Shown: piece by piece, positions 49,001 through 62,497 of the stretch
How positions within the stretch are numbered: the stretch's first letter is position 1
How the letters are laid out: each line of letters opens with the position of its first letter
NCBI RefSeq assembly: GCF_006345805.1
Contig: NC_042998.1
Location: 112,158,001 to 112,222,000 of the forward strand
Direction: 5' to 3'
Source: Octopus sinensis
Lineage: Eukaryota
DNA length: 64,000 nucleotides
The notes under the pieces: generated by a model
The model's database searches: none
Seen by the model: only the letters and a program-made list of their open reading frames with translations
What the model was told of the DNA's origin: nothing
Made by a program: the position numbers and the translations under genes

Positions 49001-49529
49001 ATGGAGTATAACTTCTCTAGGACTCATTATTTTTACATTATATCATATCTCGGAGGTCGAACTTTTGCCATCCAAGAGTAGGAGATAGCTACGAAAAACA
49101 TTTCCCTGTAAATGTAAAGATTTCTTCCAAAATCAGTCGGAGAGAATATACATAAATAACTGCTTTGAAACCTGAAGTTTCCCTAATCTTCGTTAAAATT
49201 TCATATTGTATTATCAATACTTATTAGTGTGCTTCAGTATGCTAGTAACTGTTTAAGTGAAAATCTTAAAATTAACTTTCTTTCTGACTAGCTTACAAGC
49301 ACCTTATAATAACAATCAGGAAGGAACTCGGAACCATGCAACAATTTTCTTAAGTTCAATATAGAAACACTAATCGAATTTCTTAGCGAAATTTCAGAAG
49401 CAGAGATTTGTTTCTTTTGTTAAACACCAGTTTTTTCTTGTAAGATGAGTTCAAATAATTAGGAAAGAACATACATGCACGTATATATGTACCTATTTAT
49501 GTATATGTATATGTATATGTATATATAAA

Positions 49530-49563
49530 TATGCATGAACATGTATACATACATACATATCTA

Positions 49564-49651
<88 letters not shown>

Positions 49652-49726
49652 CTCATCTCTCCTCTCTCTCTCCTCTCTCTCTCTCTCTCTTCTCACACAC
49701 ATATATATATCATATATATATATACT

Positions 49727-49760
<34 letters not shown>

Positions 49761-49780
49761 ATATATATATATATATGCAT
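49530..49780. repeat. (CTAT)n/(CT)n/(TA)n compound microsatellite
   Basis: Directly visible. Confidence 0.95.
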
Positions 49781-50451
49781 ATAGGGGTACAGGACATCAA
49801 AAAAGCATTGAACACAATGAAAGCGAAAGCGAATCATATAAACAAAAATAGAAAACGAACTTTTATTTTCGAACAACGAAAAAACAAACACAGAAACGAG
49901 ACATGCAAGATAAAGAATATTCTCCTTCATCTGTTGTCCCTGTTGCATCTACTCCGCGTTCCGAAGGTAAGGACAATACGCAACTTCGTTGAAACAGTCC
50001 TTCCCACAAAGTAAATTAAATAAAATTTAGGATTTTTTGCGGAGGGTGAAAGTGGCAACAAGAACAGGATAGTGAGAACAAGACAGTAAAAACAAACGGC
50101 GAGAGCTGTTAAGCCAAGACGATAGAAAAATTATTATGAACGCTAAGAGCACGAGTTTATGAGAGGAGACAGGTATAAGCACGTCTTATCTTTAGGAAGG
50201 ACATGGACAGAAAGATAGATTCCCTTTCGTCACGTGTCAGCGACGAGAGAGTCAAGGAGGAAGAGTGAGAGAGAGGGAACGGTGAAGAGGAGAGGAGAAG
50301 AATAGGGAAGGGTGGGAGAGAAAACCAGAAAAGATGAAGAACAAGAGAGGGAGAGAGATAGACAGAGAAGACATAGTAGAGATAGAAGTGTGCGCATCGT
50401 AATTATTAAGTAATTTCCAAGTACGTTTTATCTCTACATCCACACATACAT

Positions 50452-50503
<52 letters not shown>

Positions 50504-50535
50504 TATCTATATATATATATATATATATATAATAT

Positions 50536-51365
50536 AGGGACCCGAAGGCACTACAATCCCAGAGTCACAGGCAGTGAAAGTCTTGGGATCAGTATGTGCA
50601 ATGACGCATCATTTTATATGCACATTAGCAAGATGGCAGTAAAGTGCAGACAACTGGCAGGATAGGTACTGAGGTCCTTCAAGACAAGAAACCAAGAAAC
50701 TATGTTGACCCTGTGGAGAACCTTTGTTCTCAGCCACCTGGACTACTGCTCTCAGTTATGATCCCCAGATAGTGCAAACTAACAGCGGAGCTTGAAGCAG
50801 TCCAGCGCCACTACACTAAAAAGACTGAAACAGTGCAGCGATGAGCTACAGGGATAGGCTGAGAAAACAACATCTTTACTCCCTGGAGCGAAGGCGTGAT
50901 AGATATGCAATAATCTAACATATGGAAAATTGTAGAAGGGCTAGTGCCTAACTTTGGCATTGAGTGTTATACAAATGCCAGAACTGACCACCATTGTATT
51001 GTATCAAAGGTACCATCCGCTCTATCTAAATTCAGGACCAGGTACTGCAATAGTTCAAAGGCCCACATCTCTTCAATGCCCTGCCACAAAAATAAAGAAA
51101 TTTGCATAAGGTAGAAAGAGATATCTTCAAAAAGGAAATAGACATCGTCCTCTGCTCAATACCGGATGAACCAACAGTGTGACATGAGGTGCCAACGAGG
51201 GCAGAGGAATCAAACTCCCTTATGCACCAAATGTACCAACAGTTGGGATAAAGGCACATACAGGAGTGGTGATGTGAAACACCCTGACTAAAGAAGTCAG
51301 AAAGACCATGGTGGTGGTCCAACATGACCACGGCCGCATGGCTGAAACGAGTAAAAGAGTAATGT
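50536..51365 (+). mobile_element. 3' portion of a CR1-clade LINE (decayed ORF2 C-terminus and 3' tail)
   Basis: Translation gives LGISMCNDASF..HI......VLRSFKTR..ETMLTLWRTFVLSHLDYCSQL*SP...LEAVQR.YTKK...MSY.DRL....LYSLERRRDRY...WKI.EGLVPN...LFNALP...FK...IPDEP; tail ggtggtccaacatgaccacggccgcatggctgaaacgagtaaaagag. Confidence 0.9.
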
Positions 51366-51679
51366 ATATACGAAAAATTAATATAAACAGCCTGGCGCAA
51401 TGTGATAACATAGAGGAAAAACTGTGACCGTTATATAAATATATGTATGTAAAAATATATATATATATATATGTGTGTGTGCGTGTGTGTGTGTATGTGT
51501 GAGTATGAGTGTGGGTGGGTGTGAGTGTGGGTTGGTGTATCCGATAAATCTACTAAGTGAAATTGATTGATTTTATTAAATTAATTATATTCCACCCTTT
51601 ATTGCATTATATGTATATTATATATATATATGTATATATGTATATGTATGTATATAATATATTATATATAATATATATA

Positions 51680-51719
<40 letters not shown>

Positions 51720-51877
51720 ATATATATATGTATGTGTGCGTTCGTGTCTATATATATGTGCATCTGTGTGTGTGCGTGTGTAGTATATATGTGTGTGTAT
51801 TTAATACAAAACCTAAATGTATGTATGTTATCTATCTCTTTCTCTCTCTCTCTCTGTCACTATAATATAATATATAT

Positions 51878-51911
<34 letters not shown>

Positions 51912-52289
51912 ATATATATATATTATATATATAACATATATATTTTTATCTATTTATATTTATATTTACATGTAAGCATACATACACACGTGTGTGTGTC
52001 TGTGCATATATATATATATACATTCACATACACACATGTACACACACAAAAATGTATATCATATATATTCTACATATGGATATTTACACACACACACTCA
52101 CTCGCACAAACACGCATAGACGCACGCACACACACACACACACACACACGTGTATGTTGCAATAGTGTTAATATTCCGGCGTCTCACCAGAAACAATGCA
52201 AACCAGTGAATAGCATGGCTCGATATTAATTCTATTATTGCTATTATAGAACCTGACAATTTACCATAAAACTATGAACAATAAGTCGT

Positions 52290-52352
52290 GATAGCAGCAG
52301 CAGCAGCAGCAGTAGCAGTAGCAGTAGCAGCAGCAGCAGCAGCAACAGCAGC

Positions 52353-52386
<34 letters not shown>

Positions 52387-52407
52387 CTAGTAGTGGTGGT
52401 GGTTGTG

Positions 52408-52457
<50 letters not shown>

Positions 52458-52458
52458 G

Positions 52459-52499
<41 letters not shown>

Positions 52500-52503
52500 G
52501 GTG

Positions 52504-52548
<45 letters not shown>

Positions 52549-52690
52549 GTAGTGGTGGTGGTGGTGGTGGTGGTGGTGGTGCTAGTGTTGGTGGTGGTGC
52601 TGGTGAGGCTGGTGGTGGTGGCGGCGGTTGCGTCGGCGGCGATAGCCATGGTGGCGGTGGTGGTGTGCTGCTACTGCTGCTGGTGAGGTG
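52290..52690. repeat. (GCA)n/(GTA)n/(GTG)n trinucleotide array
   Basis: Directly visible. Confidence 0.95.
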
Positions 52691-53384
52691 GTAAGAGAAT
52701 GGAGATCGGTGTTTGATGGTTATGATGGGAGTGATGTTGGTGTTTATGATAATGGTGGCGATGGTGGTTGCGCCAGTTGCTGCTGGTAGTAGTGTTTGAG
52801 GTGATGGTGTTGATTATAAAGCCTTACAATGTCTCCGTATGTGATTTTATGCTCGCTTCCGTCCATGGGGGTGCATGTGCGCGTCGGTGTAAGAGTGTCA
52901 ATGTGGATATGTGTATATGTATGTGTGTTTCATACAGTGCAATATTAATATCGGAGCTTGTGCAACTGTTGCAGTACATTGTATAAATACATTAATGTGT
53001 GCGTGCGTCTGTGTGTGTGTGTGTGTGCATGCATGTATGTGTATGTGGGGGTGGAGAATCAGTGGGTGTGTCCTATTGGTAGCTTTGTCCATGATGGTGA
53101 GACAAAGCTTATAACTATTATGAACCCCCTACATTGATGGGTTTGATGACTAAAGGAAAGTACAAGCTAGAAGGAGTAACTAAACAAGTGAACTTTAATA
53201 AGGTCTTTTGTGCTGCAAGAAATAGTTGTCCAGTCGTAGTCAAATTACACCCTACCATTACTAAAACGGAAGAGCACATTACTGTATATAGATATTTTAT
53301 TTAAATAAAGCATTTTATTATAACGACTGTATGACTTTTGGTTCAGGATTGACCCGAGACTAAACAACAGCTATGTATATGCAT

Positions 53385-53590
53385 AGACAGCGAGCTGGCA
53401 GAATCGTTAGCACGCCGGGCGAAATGCTTGGCGGTATTTCGTCTGTCTCCACGTTCAAAATCTGGCGAGGTCAACTTTGTCTTTCGTTTTTTCGGGGCTC
53501 AATAAGTACCACCTGAGTACAAGGATCGATGTAAATCAATTACACCCCGCCCAAAAATGTCAGGCTTTGTGCCTAGGTAGAAAAGATTAT
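53385..53590 (+). mobile_element. Family A SINE
   Basis: cagcgagctggcagaatcgttagcacgccgggcgaaatgcttggcggtatttcgtctg head; tail ggctttgtgcctaggtagaaaagattat. Confidence 0.9.
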
Positions 53591-53819
53591 ATATATATAT
53601 ATATAATATCCCCAAAACAGCTGTAAGACTATAGCTCTTTCCTTGTAAATGTCCTGAAAACTCCTCACAGCCTTGGGTTTGTTAGCTGTTTCGGTCTAAT
53701 ATGTTACAAAAAGAAAAAAGGAGAAAGTAAGAAGAAAAATAAGCGAAAATGCACATTGGAAATCAAAAAAAGTAAAGGCTTTTTATTAAAAGTAACGATA
53801 GATATATACAATTAGATGA

Positions 53820-55070
53820 ACTGAGGTAGGAATAAAAGTAATAAAAGTCATTATTGTGAATTGTTAGAGAGATTCAAAAGCGTACCGGTTTCGTAAAATT
53901 ACTAATCATTGCTTTGAATGCACACCAATTACTGAACTGTGTTAGGACTACTAGTCCCTAAGTAATAAGGATTATGTGTAAGGGAGGTAAGTAGTTCTGG
54001 ATTTGGTGCAATTAGGGTAGATATAGATCTGTAATGTGAATGGTGTATGGGATGTATGGGGGTTAGTGGTATTAATTGAAAGGTTAGTAGTGTTCTGTAT
54101 TATGTTATGTGTTCATATTGAGTTGTGGAAGATATTTATTGATGAAAGTTGCCTCTTTATTCATTCCTTGTTGTACGGAGGTGTTCTGTGAACATTGATA
54201 GAAGGGAAAAATTAGGAAATTAGGATTAAGATTCCTGTATCTGTCTGTATTGTGGGTGGCGGATTTGTTTTTCGTGGAGAGGGGTTCTTCAACGGAATGA
54301 TATTCCAGTTTGGCCAATATAATTATTACCACACCCTAAGCATGTAATGGCATAGATTAGATTTTCCGAGGCACAGGTGAAATTTGATTTAATCTTAAAT
54401 ATTTCACCTTGTTTAAAGTGGAACTCTGAACCCTCCAAGAGGTGGGGGCATGTACCACAGTTAGGTCGACCACATTTTTTTTACTTTTGGTTCTGTTGTT
54501 AATGGATATAGCCTTGCGTTGGTTAATATTGTTTTCAATGATTTAGGTTGCATTTTGCTTTTGATAATTTTGTGCGAGCCTAAAATTTTGTTCATTGTTT
54601 TATCTTCTGTGAGGATGGGTAGATTTTGGATGACAATGTTGAAGGTTTCGTTGTTTCTAGGGTTATGTGGAGATGTATGGGAATATTTTAAAATCTGGTT
54701 TAGTATTTCGGTTCACTTCCCTTAATGTTCGTATATCTATTTCCTTAGCTCGTTTAATGCCATCATTTATTAATGATATTGGGTAATGTCTTTTGTTTAG
54801 TATTGATCTGAGTTCAAGGAGTCTTCGTTCACGAGTATAGGTGATCGAAACTACGGTACAGATTCTTTTTGCTAGATTATAAGGAAGGTATATTAATTTT
54901 TATGTGTTTGTGATGGCATGAGTTGAATAATAGGTATTTTTAGAATCTGTGGACTTATAGATGTCTATTTCGATGTGGTTATTGACTATTTTAATTAGGA
55001 TGTCAAGAAAAGGGAGTTGTTTACTGCTGTGCTCCATGGTGAATTGTATGTTCCTATTAATCGTCTTCGA
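53820..55070 (-). pseudogene. Decayed Penelope-like element: RT C-terminus, linker, GIY-YIG endonuclease, 3' region
   Basis: IQFTMEHSSKQLPFLDILI...DIY.STDSK (PLE RT thumb), KCGRPNCGTCP linker cysteines, and KSNFTCASENLIYAITCLGCGNNYIGQTG (GIY-YIG, about 54305-54390). Confidence 0.92.
53872..53919 (-). ncRNA. Minimal type I hammerhead, A3-U8 variant, downstream of the PLE ORF
   Basis: Stem I AUUCAAAGC / GCUUU-U-GAAU (9 bp, A.C mismatch next to the core); core AUGAUUA; stem II GUA-AUUU-UAC; GAAA; CCGG; GUA triplet, predicted cut at 53883/53882. Confidence 0.65.
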
Positions 55071-55071
55071 G

Positions 55072-55422
55072 GGGCGTTCTTCCGCTTTTGAAGCGTCCTT
55101 GCCACTCGAAACATTGCGTATCACCGATTGCCTCGTCATCGTAAGCTCTCCTAATCATGCTCAATGTCTCTGTAGCAGCAATGTCTCCCAAGACTAACGC
55201 AAAATTTCCAGTTGGCTCTTTGTTCCAACTTCTTGTCCATGACAAAATCGCAGATTACAGCTTGCATGTGATTACATAAACGCATATTTCACAACTTCCG
55301 ATGTCACTAAGCACACCACCTCACGAATATCACTGCTAGCTCTTACTGCACACGCAACCGGGTCCTGTCATCTGTTGGTGCACTACAGAACTAGTCCTGG
55401 AACTTATTTTTATACTACCCAC
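55072..55422 (-). pseudogene. 5' remnant of a mariner transposon
   Basis: ORF 55057..55245: ATETLSMIRRAYDDEAIGDTQCFEWQGRFKSGRTPLEDD (mariner HTH); TIR-like gggtagtataaaaataagttccaggactag. Confidence 0.85.
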
Positions 55423-56044
55423 AGTTTTAGGGCTGAAACATGTAAAAGAAAAAAGAATATATAATAGTGGATCACCAACACTTTCCTGTAACGCATCGAT
55501 TCTAATAGATTAGATAACATCTAATATATTAATTGAGATTTTTTTATTCTTTTCATATTTTGTTTTTTATGAGTTCCACTGATGCCAGCTTCAACTTTGC
55601 CTTTTAACCTTCCGGAATTGATAAAATAAAGTACTATTGGAGTACTAAGATCCGTTTAATCGACTACAACCTTTGCCTGTAATGTGTCGTCTTGTTCAAA
55701 ATCTAACTGAAAGGATAACATGCCCAAAATATATCAACTTGCACAAACGGTTGCCATTAAAATCTGCCCTATACCACAACATTTGCCTTACCAACAAAGC
55801 CGTAATGATTTCTTTTCATTGAGAATTAAGAGTGCTCTTTATGTGGGGAGCGCTACACTTGATATAATCGATCTTTGGGTGAGAAACTTTATCGATAAAA
55901 CGTATGCACGTGCACGTTCAACACTGCTCACAGATGTATGTGTACGTATGTGCGTTTGCATGCGCGTATATATTTGTACTCCTATTTATAGATTATCTGT
56001 ATATGTGGGTGTGTCTGCGTGTGTTAGACATACACACACACAAA

Positions 56045-56089
<45 letters not shown>

Positions 56090-56091
56090 GC

Positions 56092-56124
<33 letters not shown>

Positions 56125-56310
56125 GAGAGACAGACACACAGATAGACAGACCGACAGATAGACAGATAGATATGTATGTCTGGGCGTGCGTGTGTGTATC
56201 TATGTATGTATGTATATATGCATATCTTCTCGACATCATTTAGAGATTGTTAAACCCAATAGGTATGTAAGTATATCTTCTAACTAACAATGTAAAAATA
56301 ACTTTTATCT

Positions 56311-56534
56311 TTTACCTGTTTCAGTCATTAAACTGCGGCCATGCTAGAGTACCACCTAGAAGCACTTTTAGTCGAATCAATCGATCCCGGTAATTTTTTT
56401 AAGCTTGATACTTATTCTATCAGTCTCTTGTCCTGAACCACTAAGTTACGGAGACGTATTCTTAACAACACCGGTTGTCAGACGGGAATACACACCACAC
56501 ACACACACACACACACACACACACCACACACACA

Positions 56535-56582
<48 letters not shown>

Positions 56583-56745
56583 GCACGCAAACACACATAT
56601 GTACGACGGCAGTTATTTCAGTTTCCGTCTGCCAAATCTACTCACAAGGCTCTGGCCTGAAGCTATCGTAGAACACACTTGTTCGAAGTTCCACGAACTG
56701 GGAATGAACCTGAAACCATATGGTTGCGATGCAAACTTAATTCTT
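56311..56745 (-). mobile_element. Full-length family B SINE with internal (TG)n
   Basis: Tail tttcagtcattaaactgcggccatgct, core ccactaagttacgg, gtttccgtctgccaaatctactcacaagg, head gaacctgaaaccatatgg. Confidence 0.85.
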
Positions 56746-56790
56746 CTTAGAAAATTCTTGAAATTTATATATATATATATATATACATAT

Positions 56791-56904
<114 letters not shown>

Positions 56905-56929
56905 GTGTATATATATATATCATTCAAAA

Positions 56930-57135
56930 TGTGACCGCGTGTGTACCGTTGGCGATATTTTCCTCTGTCTTCCCTTCTCTGGATCTTTCCTTCTCCTATG
57001 TTTCCGACGAAGAGCTCCGCTCGAAACGTTAAACCCTCCTTCTTTCCTTCTTTCCTGAGCGTCCATAATACTATATTTGTTCCACGTCCTCGCGTTGTTG
57101 TGTTTTTTTTGTGCTTTCTTGTTTGGATTAACTAT
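56930..57135 (+). mobile_element. Putative PLE 3'-terminal fragment with degenerate minimal HHR
   Basis: GUUU-CCGACGA-A-GAGC-UCC-GCUC-GAAA-CG-UU-AAAC at 57000-57034; ends gattaact next to (TA)n. Confidence 0.5.
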
Positions 57136-57195
57136 ATATGTATATATATATATATATATGTGTATATATATATATGTGTGTGTGTGTGTGTATAA

Positions 57196-57273
<78 letters not shown>

Positions 57274-57771
57274 TAGGGAAATTACTGCGTGGTTGACCGT
57301 TATTAAGACAAAAGAGCTATTAGAATGACCGCTAAGTAAGGGGAGAGAGTAAAAGTAAGGGAGTAAAAATGTTCATCGTGATCGCGTAAGCGCATATGTC
57401 CATACATACGCATGCATGTCCACACACCCACGTACATGCGCCTATGTACTCATCCACCCTCACTTGGAACACACACATGCTCACCTACACATTCCCCCAA
57501 AAATATATACATACACGCTCGCACACACACCCACGCGCACAAAAAATGTTCATACACACGTCTATATACGCACATGCACAAGAAAAAACAGGGCTAAAGG
57601 CAAAATACAGAAAAATGTGTAAAAAAAGTGTAAAAAATAACAGTAAGAGTAAAATACGTCTATATATGCACATACTCGCATGCACGCGCACACATTCTTC
57701 CTCGTTATTCTCCATATACAATATCTGTGCATCACTTCAAAGACTCTCTCTCTCTCTCTCTCCCTCTCTCT

Positions 57772-57824
<53 letters not shown>

Positions 57825-58385
57825 CTACTGAGATCAATGTGATCGATTGAAAATGGTGTCCCAGAATGACTGCAGCCCGATGAGTGAAACAAGTAAAAGA
57901 ATAAAAGGAATAGAATAAAACAGATAGTCAAAGAGAAATTGAAAGAAATAGGGGGAGTAAGAAGCAGAGAGAGAGAGTGAGAGCGACAGACAGAGACAGA
58001 GTGATTGAGAGTGACACAGAAAGAGAGAGAGAGAGGGAGAGAGAGAGAGAGTGGGAGAGAGAAACACGTGATATTAAGACGGTCAGAAAATACACCGATT
58101 GAAACCAGCTCCTGTTACTCCAAACCACATCGGTTGACCAAGTTTGTTGATGCGGTCACAGGAAGTAATAGAGTTTATTTCAGAAGTGACAGTCCCACCT
58201 CCTCTAAAGAAAATGATAATGATCTTTCACAACTTAAAAACAAAATCAAGAAAATAGATTTAATAAGATAAACAGAGCAAAAGATCAAGGGCAGAAATGA
58301 ATCAATAAACCTCTTTTCATCTGCATCGTGTCCTATAATTATGATTTATAACTGCTGCATACTTCCCTACTAGATATATATATAT

Positions 58386-58421
<36 letters not shown>

Positions 58422-58482
58422 GATATATATATATATATATCTATATATATATATATATCTATATATATATATATATATATAT

Positions 58483-58535
<53 letters not shown>

Positions 58536-58571
58536 AAAACATACAGACATATATATATATATATATATATC

Positions 58572-58650
58572 TAACGGAGATGTACTTGCATGGCGAGTGA
58601 CTTGATCTGAGATCGTGTGCTGGAACGAAAACACCTTCCACGCTGCAATT
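58572..58650. mobile_element. Rearranged short copy of family D
   Basis: acggagatgtacttgcat...gtgtgctggaacgaaaac followed by the inverted segment accttccacgctgcaattgtt. Confidence 0.85.
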
Positions 58651-58651
58651 G

Positions 58652-58705
<54 letters not shown>

Positions 58706-58869
58706 TATATATATATGTAGTATGTATGTATGTATGCCTATGTTGTGTGTGTGTGTACTGGAACTTTCAGTAATTGCTATACCCTGAATAGACTTGAACG
58801 AAAAATTACCTCTCTAGTACTAACAAGAAGACTAAGTTCGAGGGTTATATAGAAACGCAAGTAAATATA

Positions 58870-59490
58870 TTCTTTTCTACTGTAGGCACAAGGCCCGAAA
58901 TATTAGGTGAGAGGGCCAGTCGACTAGATCGCTCTCAGCACGCAACTAGTACTTAATTTATCAACCCCCGAGGGATGAAAGGCAAAGTCGATCGCAGCAG
59001 AATTTGAACTCACAACATAAAGACAGACGAAATACTGCTAAGCATTTCGCCCGGCGTGCTAACGTTTCTTATTTCTTTATTGCCCACAAGGGGCTAAACA
59101 TAAAGGGGGACAAACAAGGACAGACAAACAGATTAAGTCGATTACATCGAGCCCCAGTTCGTAACTGGTACTTATGTAATTGACCCCGAAAGGATGAAAG
59201 GCAAAGTGGACCTCGGCGGAATTTGAACTCAGAACGTAACGGCAGACGAAATACCAATTCTTTACTACCCACAAGGGGCTAAACACAGAGAGGACAAACA
59301 AGGACAGACAAACGGATTAAGTCGATTATATCGACCCCAGTTCGTAACTGGTACTTATTTAATTGACCCCGAAAGGATGAAAGGCAAAGTCGACCTCGGC
59401 GGAATTTGAACTCAGAACGTAACGGCAGACGAAATACGGCAACGCATTTCGCCCGGCGTGCTAACGTTTCTGCCAGCTCGCTGCCCTTTT
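58870..59490 (-). mobile_element. Composite (trimeric) family A SINE
   Basis: Three atttgaactca units; internal period about 186 bp; same ggggctaaacacagagaggacaaacaagg tail as at 1102-1470. Confidence 0.9.
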
Positions 59491-59565
59491 AGTAAATATA
59501 TCTGCATATTGCTGCCTCAATTCTCTCATCTGAATAATTGACAAACTCACACATACACACACGCA

Positions 59566-59622
<57 letters not shown>

Positions 59623-60056
59623 GCACGTTGACGCTATGAATGATATATACACACTCGCTTAATTGAAATTACCTTGCTAGTTGAAGAAAACACACAACAG
59701 CCTAGTGTTCCTTATAAGTGATTTTCAAAGAAAAAGAACATTTCAAGAAATTCGGAATTAATTTCACAAAATTCATTTGCATGCGGAAACAACAAATATC
59801 TAATCGTTGCTTAAATTTTAATTGAGAAAGTTTTACGTACATTATTTTCTACACCCACCGGCTCACTTGAATTATTTCTCTCCAAATTGTTTAGCTTTTC
59901 TTTAGGTAAATTACTAACGACTAAACGTTTTTCCTCATGAATTAATTAGTCAAACTATTCAAACACGCATAAATTGGTTATGCTATGTCGCTGTGGTCCA
60001 ATAAAGTGATACATGTCAGTAGCAATTATCTTATCTTCCACTTGATTCTGTCAGCG

Positions 60057-60172
60057 GACTATGACCTGGCTGGGGCCCCACCTCGAGGGGTTTAGTCGAA
60101 CAGATCAATTTTAATGCTTATTTCTTTACAGTTTGTTAGTATTCTATCTCTTTCTTTTGCCGAACTAGATAT

Positions 60173-60213
<41 letters not shown>

Positions 60214-60218
60214 GAGAG

Positions 60219-60282
<64 letters not shown>

Positions 60283-60350
60283 TGGGGTTCCATATAATTT
60301 TTGTCTATAAGATTCACCCACAAGCCAGGGGTTGTAGCAGAAAAATCTTG
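60057..60350 (-). mobile_element. Diverged family B SINE with (GACA)n(GATA)n in place of the internal microsatellite
   Basis: tttagtcgaac, tattctatctcttcttttgccgaact, attcacccacaagcc motifs. Confidence 0.6.
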
Positions 60351-60496
60351 GCCAAAGTATCTTCTACTCTAGGCGCTTAACTAAGTATACTAAGTACTAT
60401 CTTAAGGCATCTATAGACTTGGTAGTTTGTGACAGGAGCTTATAATGCTATTAAGGTGGTCTTGCGTATACTCACTTCCGAATATTACTTAATATA

Positions 60497-61420
60497 TATT
60501 GGGTCATCCCATAAATAATGCGGATTTTTCAATTGCATGAACTAAAAGTGGGAGGGAAACGAAATAAACTACCTGCAGCAGTTTGCTATAAAAGCAGGTG
60601 GTAATTTTATCTTGTCTTTATTCATAGTGCAAGTTTAGAAGGGTGCAGTTCGGTATTAACAGTTATTTTTAAAGCTATAATTGAAGCGACAAATGAGCAT
60701 TTTCAATCATATTATGCTTTATGAGTTCAATAAAGATAATAACCCAACAGAAAGTGCAAAGAACATTAATGCAGTATATGGGAATCGGACAATAAGCGTA
60801 AGCCTGTGTCAACAGTGGTATCAGTAATTCCAAGCCGGAAACTACAGCCTAGAAGATTAGCCTCATCCTGGAAGATCTGTAGAGCTCGACGAGGACGTCA
60901 TGCAAACCCTAATGGAATAAAATCCCATTGTAACTCTTGAGAAACTGGCAGAGAAGCTTGGATTTGGTCATCCAACCATTCATCGACACCTGCGCTAGAA
61001 GAAAAACAACCATCTTTGGTTTCAAGAAGAAAGGTGTTCTTCCCCCAGGATAATGCTCGGCCACATACAGCGAGAATATTCCAAAGGCTGGAAACGCTTG
61101 AATAGGAAACGATGCCCTATCCACCCACCATATTCGCCGGACATTTCCCCGTCTGGTTACTTTTTATTCCGCAGTCTTCAAAATAATTTGGACGGGAAAA
61201 ATATGAATTCTGTAGATAAGGTCAGAACAGTACTGGGGAAGTATTTTTCGTTATGGACAAGTGAATTTTGGAAGAGGGGTCCTGCAAGTCTACAAGAAAG
61301 ATGATAGAGCATTGTAGAAAATGAAGGTGAGTATATTTTAGATTAAAAAAGAATTTTGTTTACCATAATTTTGAAAAATAAAAGTATTAAAAACCGCATT
61401 ATTTATGGGATGACCCAATA
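60497..61420 (+). mobile_element. Internally deleted mariner with intact TIRs and TA target duplication
   Basis: TIRs ttgggtcatcccataaataatgcgg (25 bp perfect) at 60499 and 61394-61418. N-terminal EATNEHF.HIMLYEFNK..N.TESAKNINAVYG; C-terminal HPPYSPDISPSGYFLFRSLQNNLDGK. The DD34D middle region is missing. Confidence 0.93.
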
Positions 61421-62497
61421 TAAGTTCTAATTTCGTAAATCTAAACGTCTTGAAACAGAAGAGTTTTAATATTAGTGCATTGGTTTGGAATCAAACTCCA
61501 GAAAAATATACGTAAAAATCGACTGTTATTCTGTTATTCTCTTATTCCTGTGCAAATGAGAATACCATGAACGCGCATAATCGGATGAATAAATGAATGA
61601 CTGAATAAACAAATATTGGAACGAATGATGAAATGAATCAATGAATAAATTAATTAACGTGTTATTTACTTATAGTTTAGTCAAAGCTATACTGAAACTC
61701 TATCTTCATTGTTAAAATATATATCGATAGATTTTCTTGCGAAAATATAGTTTCCTCTCAAATGTGATTTTCCTTCGTAGCAGTAGTAGTATAGCATTGG
61801 TGGTGGTGGTGTTACGGGAGTGGTGGTGCTGCTGCTTGTCGTTCACGGCCACACATATATGGGTTAGAATGAGGGATCGATTTATGTACAAGTATTATAT
61901 TTTATCAATAGCGGATGAAAAGTATAATAAACTCTTGTGGAACTCGAACACAGAACTTGAAGAGGCGTAACCAAATATAACACCACCAATTTTTACTACC
62001 TACCGTTTTGATAATAATTGTTTTTGCTCTGTCTTGAGTTTCGTAAACAACCTATGTTATCAAACTTGCCCCCTTTTTCAATCAATGGGATTTTACTCCA
62101 TGTTTCTGCGACATTTGTCTCCAATTATTTTTTGTTGGGTAGAGATGGCACAAGGTATTTCTCAGTAGTCTTCTTAAGGTATCTTGTTTTTTTCCTTTTC
62201 TCTTGCATGAAGAATAGTTTCTGGCAGAGAGAGACCCCTGACTTCTTGGCGTAATGTTGTCAGGCTTTAAGCCACTTCCCCCAAAATGCTTCATATCTAT
62301 GATTCTATTTTTTAAGAGTAGGGTTGCGAATGATGTGGTCGGGTTTGCATTCGCAACACTTTTGTTAGATAAAAGAGAAGTTTGTTCACAAACGCTCTTC
62401 TTGCTATTTACTGTCAAACATGCTGACTGTAACGCTGCTTCAAAATGAAATGTCTTCTTTATTTTATATATTTATTTTTTATTTTCTACAATTAGTT

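Noticed and set aside
55428-55450. GAAACAUGUA-AAAG, a possible HHR 3' half
   Set aside because: No core upstream (a mariner remnant lies there); a 10-nt match is not enough.
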